Assembly (NCBI GenBank): GCA_002269645.1
Contig: NIVC01004218.1
Coordinates: 1 to 54,408 of the forward strand
Length of the DNA: 54,408 nt
From: Macrostomum lignano
Lineage: Eukaryota
Direction of reading: 5' to 3'
Of this stretch, positions 1 through 11,200 are shown in pieces; within the stretch, counting starts at the first letter, position 1, and the number at the start of each line of letters is the position of its first letter. A model generated the notes under the pieces. It was not told the DNA's origin, searched no databases, and worked only from the letters and a program-made list of their open reading frames with translations. Made by a program: the position numbers and the translations under genes.

Positions 1-819
1 ATAGCAACATGAGAAAAAGGGAAATTGCGCAATCCGGAGGTGGGTGGGGGGATAATTGCGCAGCGGGTGGTCGCGAAAGTGTTGCGCCAAGCAAACATTG
101 AGAACAATAGGGCTGGGGTCGAGAACAAAGGAATTGGAAATCGGGATAATTGGGGAGAATCGAGAACAATAGAAAAGCAAACATTGGAGAAAAGGTGATA
201 ATTAGGTGCGAAAACGAGAACAAAAGAAAGAGAAAATCGGAGAAAATGTGATAATTGGTCGGGGTAAGAGAACAAAAGAATCAAAAACGAGAACAATAGA
301 AGCGGAGGTGGGGTGGGTGTCGCATGAGAAATTTGGGGAGGAGAACAATGGCGTGAGAAAAGGTTGCGCAAGAGAGGGAGATGAGTCATCGATGAGTCAT
401 CGAGGGAAAGAAGGGGTCACACGACTTGCGTCACCGTTGGGAGTTTGAGAAGGGATGGGGAGACGGTGAGCACACAAAATACTGTAAGTAGACGCAAAAA
501 AGGGGGATAGCGCAGGAAAAAAGTGCAGAGAGAGACAAAAAGAGAGGGGACAGGAAGAGTACAAGAAGACTAGGGCGGAAAACAGAAGAGATAGGGTGGA
601 GGGGGAGGTACAGAGAGGGATAGGGAGCTCCGGAAAGGCAGGTGTGGCGGCAGGGGAGACGGAACCAAGGCAGCAGGAGGTGCAGCAGAGCGGGAGTCTC
701 CAGGCCTGGTCGGAGACCTGGCCGAGTCTCGACAGCTCTGTGCAGGGGGGTACATGGGATAGGAGGCACTTACGAAAAAGTTCCATGCCCTATCCCGCGA
801 CCAGAGCGTGGTTACATCA

Positions 820-1920
820 TGACTTCAAAGGTCAAGTCGGTGAAGTGTCTTGAGACTTGTACCCAAGTGACTTCAAAGGTCAAGTCGGTGAAGTGTCTTG
901 AGACTTGTAGCCAAGTGACTTCAAAGGTCAAGTCGGTGAAGTGTCTTGAGACTTGTAGCCAAGTGACTTCAAAGGTCAAGTGTTGTACAGTGTCTTGAGA
1001 CTTGTAGCCAAGTGACTTCAAAGGTCAAGTCGGTGAAGTGTCTTGAGACTTGTAGCCAAGTGACTTCAAAGGTCAAGTCGGTGAAGTGTCTTGAGACTTG
1101 TAGCCAAGTGACTTCAAAGGTCAAGTCGGTCAAGTGTCTTGAGACTTGTAGCCAAGTGACTTCAAAGGTCAAGTCGGTGAAGTGTCTTGAGACTTGTAGC
1201 CAAGTGACTTCAAAGATCAAGTTGTTGCAGTGTCTTGAGACTTGTAGCCAAGTGACTTCAAAGGTCAAGTCGGTCAAGTGTCTTGAGACTTGTAGCCAAG
1301 TGACTTCAAAGGTCAAGTCGGTGAAGTGTCTTGAGACTTGTAGCCAAGTGACTTCAAAGGTCAAGTCGGTGAAGTGTCTTGAGACTTGTAGCCAAGTGAC
1401 TTCAAAGATCAAGTCGGTGAAGTGTCTTGAGACTTGTAGCCAAGTGACTTCAAAGGTCAAGTCGGTCAAGTGTCTTGAGACTTGTAGCCAAGTGACTTCA
1501 AAGGTCAAGTCGGTGAAGTGTCTTGAGACTTGTAGCCAAGTGACTTCAAAGGTCAAGTCGGTGAAGTGTCTTGAGACTTGTAGCCAAGTGACTTCAAAGA
1601 TCAAGTCGGTGAAGTGTCTTGAGACTTGTAGCCAAGTGACTTCAAAGATCAAGTCGGTGAAGTGTCTTGAGACTTGTAGCCAAGTGACTTCAAAGGTCAA
1701 GTCGGTCAAGTGTCTTGAGACTTGTAGCCAAGTGACTTCAAAGGTCAAGTCGGTGAAGTGTCTTGAGACTTGTAGCCAAGTGACTTCAAAGGTCAAGTCG
1801 GTGAAGTGTCTTGAGACTTGTAGCCAAGTGACTTCAAAGGTCAAGTCGGTGAAGTGTCTTGAGACTTGTAGCCAAGTGACTTCAAAGATCAAGTTGTTGC
1901 AGTGTCTTGAGACTTGTAGC
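820..1920. repeat. 48-bp tandem minisatellite, ~23 copies
   Basis: Unit GTGACTTCAAAGGTCAAGTCGGTGAAGTGTCTTGAGACTTGTAGCCAA repeated head to tail; explains ORFs 969..1892 and 1012..1941. Confidence 0.97.
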
Positions 1921-2075
1921 CTTTTAAGTAGTAAGCAGTAAGTAGTAAGTACTTTTCGGAAATATCGTAAGATTATCAGCTTAAAGTAGACGTACTTCGA
2001 AGTATTTTTTTGGGATCACCGCCAAGAATAAGCTGCATCTATATCTCATCGCTTCGAACATGGCGTCGCCAAAAG

Positions 2076-5000
2076 GGCCAATCGTTCGGCGAGATCGCCC
2101 TGCTGCACCAGGTGACCCGCACGGCCAGCATAGTAAGCCAGACCCCAATGCAGCTGCTGGCCATCGGCCGAGACGATTTTCACGACATTTTCATGCGCGC
2201 CCAGCCGGGCCGCCGACCGGCGCACATCGAATTCCTGCTCAGCTGCGAGTTCATGCGCCACTTCCGCGGAGGAGCAGCTTTTGAAACAGCCGAACGCCTG
2301 CCTGCTGACTTTCTATAGACGTAATGCCATCGTGGTGCCTGACAGCAAAGCCAGCGAATACATCGTCGTGGTCAAATCGGGTTCGTGCAAAGTGCTCAAA
2401 CGATTGGAGGTCAATGACACCGACGAGCCGACGGTTGTGAAGGAGAGGAGCGACTTTCAGAATAAGCTCAACATTGGCAGGAATGGTGAGCTGGCTTGGG
2501 CTTTTGAGATCTGATTTAACCGGCAATTTTTTTATATAAATTTCTGAAAATTTGGCTGGGGGCATTCTTGCGCTGAGCCTTCGGCGACATCGTCCCACAA
2601 CTCATTCCGCTGACTCCTCTGAACACACACAAGCGCGCCAATACTGTAAGCCGACACGCACTCATCACAAGCTTACACAGAAGTGCACAGCGGCCCTGAC
2701 TTTCTAAATTTCGTACACAAGCCCTACATTATATGATTGTGGCCGCGCAAGGAATCGAAACAGGGGTCGCTAGACCGAGAGCCGGGCGCTTTTCCAGCGG
2801 AGCTGCATGCTCTGCCAAAATTATAGTTTAGATTCTTAGAACGCAAATCTTAGCAACAAAGCTTTTTTCACTGCCAATTCTCTACATAGGAAGCCGTATA
2901 GATCATCAAAATTTGTTTTACTAAACGAGTTTCATAAACTATTCGAAATGAGTGTTGAAGTGCTGGTTACTGTACACCCTAGAGGGGTGGCCACCGGGGA
3001 ACAGGGGTACATGTCCCCCAAGTAAAGCTATGGTGGGGAAATGCCGATGCTTTCCCCCCCAAACCCACCTACGCAAACCAAGGCCCGTTATGGAAATCAA
3101 TAATTTTGCTTCAGGGCGACAAAAAATAGCGCCTGCAGCACCAAAATGAGTGCCTGCGGCGCCAAAATGAGTGCCTGCGGCTCCAAAATGAGTGCTTGCG
3201 GCGCCAAAATGAGTGCCTGCGGCGCCAAAATGAGTGCCTGCGGCGCCAAAATGAGTGCCTGCGGCGCCAAAATGAGTGCCCGCGGCGCTAAAATGAGTGG
3301 CTGCGGCGCCAAAATGATTCATGTACATGTAGATTTTGTCCCTCCCACCATAAAATCTATGGCGACGCCCCTGGTACACCCGTACCAAACCTTAGACGTC
3401 AAGAAAAAAGTTACAGTACATTCCATGTCAAGATGAACTAAATTGATACATGTATATGGTTAAAAGACGATTCACGCCAACAAACTCGCAGAGCCAAAGG
3501 TAAATACCGGATTAAGGAAAACAGCCGCTAGCGGCTCCGAGAAGCAGCAAGTGCAGACGCCCAACCAGCAGCTGTTTGATGTATCCGTCAGCAAGAAGCG
3601 GCTCGCTTTGAACTCGGCTCTCGGCAACAACAGCCGCGTGGTTGAGGTGACCCGGCAGCAGACAGCGCCAGATTTTGACGCTATCGCAAAGAAGCAACAG
3701 GAGCCGGTGGAGCAGGTCAAGAAGTCTGTGGCGGTGCAGATTAGCACTCTAAAGCCGGGCGACGTGTTTGTGAGTTGGGTGAAAATTATTTGAAAACACG
3801 TGACTTTTTACATGCATTCGTAAGCGTCACGTGACACTTGCACAAGTGTACGATCGCATCGCCTCTATATTATAGATTTTTCCTGCTTCAGGGTCTGTCC
3901 AACGTGGTCTTCAAAGGAGAGAAAAATCTCGAAATTGAGGAAAGCGCCAGTGTATCTTTGGTAAGTATTGCGATTCTCATTGTAGTTTGGAGACGATTCT
4001 CAGGGTAGTTTAGAGACGATTCTAAAGGTAGTTTAGAGACGATTCTCAATGTAGTTTGGAGACGATTTCAGGGTAATTTAGAGACGATTCTCATGTAGTT
4101 TGAAGACGATTTTCAGGGTAGTTTAGAGACGATTCTAAAGGTAGTTTAGAGACGATTCTCAATGTAGTTTGGAGACGATTTTCAGGGTAATTTAGAGACG
4201 ATTCTCAGGGTAGTTTAGAGACAATTCTAAAGGTAATTTGGAGACGATTCTCAATGTAGTTTGGAGACGATTCTCAGGGTAGTTTAGAGACGATTCTAAA
4301 GGTAGTTTAGAGACGATTCTCAATGTAGTTTGGAGACGATTTTCAGGGTAATTTAGAGACGATTCTCAGGGTAGTTTAGAGACAATTCTAAAGGTAATTT
4401 GGAGACGATTCTCAATGTAGTTTGGAGACGATTTTCAGGGTAGTTTAGAGACGATTCTCAGGGTAGTTTAGAGACGATTCTCAGGGTAGTTTAGAGACGA
4501 TTCTCAGGGTAGTTTAGAGACAATTCTCAATGTAGTTTGGAGACGATTCTCAGGGTAGTTTAGAGACGATTCTCAGGGTAGTTTAGAGACAATTCTCAAT
4601 GTAGTTTGGAGACGATTTTCAGGGTAATTTAGAGACGATTCTAAAGGTAATTTGGAGACGATTCTCAATGTAGTTTGGAGACGATTTTCAGGGTAGTTTA
4701 GAGACGATTCTCAGGGTAGTTTAGAGACGATTCTCAGGGTAGTTTAGAGACGATTCTCAGGGTAGTTTAGAGACGATTCTAAAGGTAGTTTAGAGACAAT
4801 TCTCAATGTAGTTTGGAGACAATTTTCAGGGTAGTTTACAGACGATTCTCAATGTAGTTTGGAGACGATTCTCAATGTATTTTGGAGACGATTCTCATGG
4901 TAGTTTAGAGACGATTCTTAAGTTGTTGTAGAGAGAGAGAGTTGTGGATATTATAGACAGCCTTTGCCAGGAGTGTTAAGGCCACGACCATCACATCATC

Positions 5001-5233
5001 ATCTCCCTTGGCAGATCAGCAACGGTTCTGAGTGTCTCCTCTTCCAAAAGACCTTCTTCGTTCAGCACGCCAACGAGCTGTTGAAAAAGCACGTGAAAGA
5101 GCTGGCCAGACCCTATCCAGAGGAGGGCGTATTCGAAAACAACTATTACAGACAAATGGCCTGGGACCGGTACCGTCGGGGTCTGTTCAGCAGCACGCTA
5201 TCGGAGATTACGATACGAAAGAATGACAGCTAA
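2076..5233 (+). CDS. Cyclic-nucleotide-binding domain protein (CNBD2-like), 3' exons only
   Basis: Inferred exons ~2076-2485, 2578-2645, ~3525-3769 (start uncertain), 3892-3960, 5015-5233 with AG/GT boundaries. cNMP-binding motif GQSFGEIALL...RTASIV; second degenerate domain ends KPGDVF|GL...VSL|ISNGSECLLF; stop TAA at 5231-5233. Apparent 1-bp insertion near 2265. 5' exons are not in the window. Confidence 0.75.
2738..2812 (-). other. Degenerate tRNA-like / tRNA-derived SINE head in intron
   Basis: Minus strand has A-box-like AGCTCCGCTGG (2804-2794) and B-box-like GTTTCGATTCC (2761-2751) at tRNA-like spacing; the acceptor stem does not pair. Confidence 0.3.
3139..3313. repeat. 21-bp tandem repeat, ~8 copies (intronic)
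   Basis: GCGGCGCCAAAATGAGTGCCT units. Confidence 0.95.
3985..4920. repeat. ~23-bp tandem minisatellite, ~40 copies (intronic)
   Basis: TAGTTTAGAGACGATTCTCAGGG and variants fill the intron between exons ending 3960 and starting 5015. Confidence 0.95.
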
Positions 5234-5679
5234 ACTCTAATTAAGCCCATATTCCGACTGGACCAAGAAAGTTTAGGGACGGTTTCTTGTGTTTAAAGTT
5301 TGTTACCACAGCCAGCATAGAGTGTACATAGCCATATGTTCAAGAATTTTATATGTCTAGATTATTTTATTGGAGAAAAAAAGGTGTAAGGTTCCCCGGT
5401 ATGATACTGAGAATTGATATTTCACTGCCTAATTTTGCTTAATTTTCAGGTTTACTTATTAAAAATCTCAAAAGACGTTTCTTATTAATTTTCTCATAAA
5501 TCTCTTCAAAGATGCCAAATGTCACTAAATATATCAATGTTCAGAATAAGTATTTAAAAAATAAATCATTGCGCACTTCTAAACTTCTCGCTTTTCTTCG
5601 TTTCAAATAGAGGTGACTGGACGAAGGTAGAGCTCTAATAAAATATCTATGAAATTTTCTGGGGTAGCGGAGGCACCTA

Positions 5680-6410
5680 AGAAGATCAAAGAGAGTATTG
5701 GCGGCATCGTAAAAGATCAGAGTAGTGGCGGCATCGTAAAAGATCAGAGTAGTGGCGGCATCGTAAAAGATCAGAGTAGTGGCGGCATCGTAAAAGATCA
5801 GAGTAGTGGCGGCATCGTAAAAGACCGAAGAGAGTAGCGGCGGCACTGTAAAAGATCAAAGAGAGTCACGGCCGCATTGTAAAGATCAAAGAGTAGTGGC
5901 GGAATCGTAAAAGACCGAAGAGAGTAGCGGCGGCACCTAAGAAGATCAAAGGAAGTATTGGCGGTATCGTAAAAGATCAGAGAGTAGTGGCGGCATCGTA
6001 AAAGACCGAAGAGAGTAGCGGCGGCACTGTAAAAGATCAAAGAGAGTCACGGCCGCATTGTAAAGATCAAAGAGAGTAGCGGCGGCACCTAAGAAGATCA
6101 AAGGAAGTATTGGCGGTATCGTAAAAGATCAGAGTAGTGGCGGCATCGTAAAAGATCAGAGTAGTGGCGGCATCGTAAAAGACCGAAGAGAGTAGCGGCG
6201 GCACTGTAAAAGATCAAAGAGAGTCACGGCCGCATTGTAAAGATCAAAGAGAGTAGTGGCGGAATCGTAAAAGACCGAAGAGAGTAGCGGCGGCACCTAA
6301 GAAGATCAAAGGAAGTATTGGCGGTATCGTAAAAGATCAGAGAGTAGTGGCGACATCGTAAAAGATCAAAGAGAGTTGTTGCGGCGGCGCCTAAGAAGAT
6401 CAAAGAGATT
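5680..6410. repeat. 27-30-bp minisatellite with higher-order blocks
   Basis: GTAGTGGCGGCATCGTAAAAGATCAGA and variants recurring in the same order. Confidence 0.9.
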
Positions 6411-7269
6411 AGCCGTAAAGATAAGCTACTTATTACTTGTGCAGTAAAAATAATTTTATGAAATATTTAAAATCCCAGTATTTGTCAGTAATACCTCTGA
6501 GCACGGGGCCAACAGCAAAAAAATTTATTAAAACAGACATATGTTTATTAATTTTAGCGAAATTGTACAAGCAGATCAACATGGGAATCAGGTAGGTGGG
6601 AGCGGGCAGGGAAAGAGTTATTATTTCTTCAGATTTATTCAAACCAATTATAACTAATCCCTAACAGGCAAAATATTGTAGCAAAAATCGTATGCGTGAT
6701 GTACATAAATGTATGTTTGTAGCAGAATAAACTCTACAGAATGAAGTGATTTATACGAAAGTATAACAAATAACTCTTCTTAAGGGCGGTGATTAACACT
6801 TTGGGGGAATTTAAAAAGAGTTTAAACTACTTGTACCCAGTAACCCATTAACTGTTCTCTTAACTATTTATAATTTACCAGGTATGCTAAATGTATATAT
6901 TTATGTTTACAAAATGATTGAAGGTGCTGTTCTGAAATGTGTGCCTGCGCGCACTCAACTACTTATACTGCAGATAAAGTAGTAACAGTAAAACGAAAGG
7001 GCAACAATAAAAAAGAACAAATAAAGAAAATATGATTAATAAAATGAAACACTACAGAGTGCTTATTAAACCAATAACCCTGTTACTAAACAGGAGGACC
7101 ATGTTAACTTCACACCTAGCTTACTAACTACAGATATGCAGTTTGTAGTACAATGGCTAACAGACAGTACAGTAAACTGTCATTTTATCAGAGCAGGAGA
7201 GTATGCTGACAAATTACTTGAGTGAAGGGACACACGAGATTGGAGGAAAGTATATTCCACAACTGGTGG

Positions 7270-8215
7270 AAGGTGTAGTCTGAGACTGGCGGAGGGTATA
7301 GTCTGAAGGACTGGCAGAGGGTATAGTCTGAAGGACTGGCGGAGGGTATAGTCTGAGACTGGCAGAGGGTATAGTCTGAAGGACTGGCGGAGGGTATAGT
7401 CTGAGACTGGCGGAGAATATAGTCTGAAGGACTGACAGAGGGTATAGTCTGAAGGACTGGCGGAGGGTATAGTCTGAGACTAGCGGAGGGTATAGTCTGA
7501 GACTGGCGGAGGGTATAGTCTGAGACTGGCGGAGGGTATAATCCGAGACTGGCGGAGAATATAGTCTGAAGGACTGACAGAGGGTATAGTCTGAAGGACT
7601 GGCGGAGGGTATAGTCTGAGACTAGCGGAGGGTATAGTCTGAGACTGGCGGAGGGTATAGTCTGAGACTGGCGGAGGGTATAATCCGAGACTGGCGGATG
7701 GTATAGTTTGAAGGACTGGCGGAGGGTATAGTCTGAGACTAGCGGAGGGTATAGTCCGAGACTGGCGGATGGTATAGTTTGAAGGACTGGCGGAGAATAT
7801 AGTCTGAAGGACTGACAGAGGGTATAGTCTGAAGGACTGGCAGAGGGTATAGTCTGAGACTGGCGGATGGTATAGTCTGAAGGACTGGCAGAGGGTATAG
7901 TCTGAGACTGGCAGAGGGTATAGTCTGAAGGACTGGCAGAGGGTATAGTCTGAAGGACTGGCAGAGGGTATAGTCTGAGACTGGCGGAGGGTATAGTCTG
8001 AGACTGGCGGATGGTATAGTCTGAAGGACTGGCAGAGGGTATAGTCTGAAGGACTGGCAGAGGGTATAGTCTGAAGGACTGGCAGAGGGTATAGTCTGAA
8101 GGACTGGCAGAGGGTATAGTCTGAAGGACTGGCAGAGGGTATAGTCTGAAGGACTGACAGAGGGTATAGTCTGAAGGACTGGCAGAGGGTATAGTCTGAA
8201 GGACTGGCAGAGGGT
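7270..8215. repeat. 23/25-bp minisatellite downstream of the CUL4 stop
   Basis: GGACTGGCAGAGGGTATAGTCTGAA / GACTGGCGGAGGGTATAGTCTGA units. Confidence 0.95.
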
Positions 8216-8283
8216 ATACAGTTGAAGAAAGCTGGCACATAGAGTGGATGCAGAGGGCGCAGGCGCAGGGTGCAGAAGGGGGC

Positions 8284-11200
8284 TCAAGCCACATAGTGGT
8301 AGAGGTTCTGCTTGTCGCTGTCCCTGCGAATATAGTCCCTATCAATAAGACTCTCGATTCGTTTCTTCAAGTCGGACGCTTTGCAAGGAAATTTGAGCTG
8401 TTCGAGTAGTTCGGCAATCAGCGGATTGTGCTCGAGAGTTTTGCGCATTTTCATAATTCGAACAATTGCTGCGTCAACTTGGAACTGACGGTCGGCGAAC
8501 ACGCGCTCCTCCGTGAGCTTCTGCTCTTTGTCTGTCTCCTTCAGCTGGAGCTGGTTGAACTTCACCTTGATGAGTTTGTGCCGGAACTCGGCGTTGTATT
8601 GAAACGTGTCAGTGGGCAGTACATCTTTGCTAGAGGGGTTCTTGATCAGCACCCGCTGCTTCTGGACACACAGGCTCAGCAGGGTCCGCTTCAGCTCGCT
8701 CTCCTCTATGCCGGTGCGGTCGGCGATCTCGATCAGGGTGAGACTGTCCGAATCGTTGAATAGCAGCAGAACTAGGGTTTGAAATTCGGACACCTGCGGA
8801 TGGAGAGTAGATATGACTCATGACTCGTAAATACACAACTAAATGTAGCTCATAAGTGAATTTTAGAAGCAACCTCTATGAGCAAATAAAAGCTTAAAAA
8901 CCTAGATAAAACAAACAGATCAACATATCAAGTCAGAATGACCAAATTCAGAGGCTCATTATAGGCTCATAAGCCACACTATGACCAAGTAAGTTTGGGC
9001 TCATAAACCTACTGTGATCAAATTAACCTCTTTGACCAATTAGACAGAGGCTCATAAACCTACCATGACAAGTTTTATAGAGGTTCATAAGCCTACTATG
9101 ACCAATAAGATGGAGGTTCATAAGCCGTACTATGACTAATTAGATAGAGGCTCATAAGCCGTACTATGACTAATTAGATAGAGGCTCAAAAGCCGTACTA
9201 TGACTAATTAGATAGAGGCTCATAAGGCATACTGTGACTAATTAGATAGAGGCTCATAAGGCATACTGTGACTAATTAGATAGAGGCTCATAAGGCATAC
9301 TGTGACTAATTAGATAGAGGCTCATAAGGCATACTGTGACTAATTAGATAGAGACTCATAAGCCGTACTATGACTAATTAGATAGAGGTTCATAAGCCGT
9401 ACTATGACTAATTAGATAGAGGCTTATAAGCCGTACTATGACTAATTAGATAGAGGCTCATAAGCCGTACTATGACTAATTAGATAGAGGCTCATAAGCC
9501 GTACTATGACTAATTAGATAGAGGTTCATAAGCCGTACTATGACTAATTAGATAGAGGCTCATAAGCCGTACTATGACTAATTAGATAGAGGTTCATAAG
9601 CCGTACTATGACTAATTAGATAGAGGTTCATAAGCCGTACTATGACTAATTAGATAGAGGTTCATAAGCCGTACTATGACTAATTAGATAGAGGTTCATA
9701 AGCCGTACTATGACTAATTAGATAGAGGCTCATAAGCCGTACTATGACTAATTAGATAGAGACTCATAGGCCCCATCATGACCAAGTAGAGGATCATAGG
9801 TCTATTATGACCAATTAGATAGAAGCTCAAGACAACTATGAGCAAATAAAGGCTTATTATAGAGAGCACAAGCGAAATTCCACTAACCAGCAGCTCTTTG
9901 CGCTGGCCGCCAGAGAACTGCGCCTTCAAATTGCAGCAACCCAGACTGTGCTGGAACAGCAGCCGCCTGCCTGTGTGCTTGCCCAGATAGAACCGTCTGA
10001 ACAGCTCCTGCAGGCTGATCATCTCCGGCGGCAGGCGGACCTCGCCAGGCTGATAAGTTGGCCAGAAGCCCATGGTCAACACGTTAACTGACATGTCAAT
10101 GCTGGGCGGTTGCGGCTGCTGAGCCAGATGCTGTCGGAACGCGCTATTGATGTCGTGGCTGAGCTCGATATCCTTGAACATGCCCTCGAGCTTGTTGGTG
10201 TACCCGGCGCCGCACTCCTGCTTCAGCTTGGACAGCATCGACTTCTCGGCGTCCGAGCTGGCGCTCCGGCCGATTAGCAGGCGTTTGGCCAGGTCTTTCT
10301 TGTAGAAAGCCTCGAATACGTCTTTGCCCTGCCGGCGGGATGCGGTGGCTAATTAGACGCTATTGTCAACTGAGGATCTGGGAGGCTGGCCCAGCAACTG
10401 AGGATCTGGGAGGCTGGCCCAGCAACTGAGGATTTGAGAGGCTGGCCCAGAAACTGAGGATTTGAGAGGCTGGCCCAGCAACTGACACTCTGGGAGGCTG
10501 GTGGCCCAGCAACTGAGGATCTGGGAGGCTGGCTCAGCAACTGAGGATCTGGGAGGCTGGCTCAGCAACTGAAGATCTGGTAGGTGCCTCAGCAACTGAG
10601 GATCTGGGAGGCTGGCGAACAAGAAGAGGCTTAGACTTACCTGCACGAATCTGAACAGCACCATAATCTTGTCCAGCAGCCGCTCCAATTCCTCATCTGA
10701 AGCGGATTTATTCCCTGACTTCAGCTTGGAGTCGATGTACTTAGCGATGTACTCTGCGGGCTTGTTGGGCCGGCAGTTGCACACGGCCTCAAACGAGTGC
10801 ACGATGGCGTGCTGGAATTTCTCATTGGAATCGAAGCAGTTGGCCTGAATCTCGTCCACTTTGTCCTTGAAGTCCAGCAGCTGCTGCACCATGGCGCGGT
10901 CCTTCTCCGGGTCGCAGCTGGGGTTTTGCACGATTGAGCAGCCCTCCTGCTTGATGAGCGACTTGAACGCGTCGCACAGCTGCGAGTGTCCGCCCTCGAT
11001 TCTGGGCGGGGATGAGCTGTTAATATGTTGGTCACGTGACCTCTACTCAGCATACAGAATCAAGAGGATTTTTATTCGAATACAAGGGATTTCAGGATAT
11101 AGCGCATGCAAATCTCGGACACTTTAGCAGTTCAAGAAAGAATCTCGGACACTCTGGAGCTAAAAAGAAGACATCTTAGACACCGAAGAAAGGCGTTTTA

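Noticed and set aside
812-1941. Long ORFs on both strands (307 and 309 aa)
   Set aside because: Translations of a 48-bp tandem repeat that lacks stops in those frames; no splice or domain evidence.
7188-8345. ORFs of 385, 252 and 182 aa
   Set aside because: Products of the 23/25-bp minisatellite downstream of CUL4.
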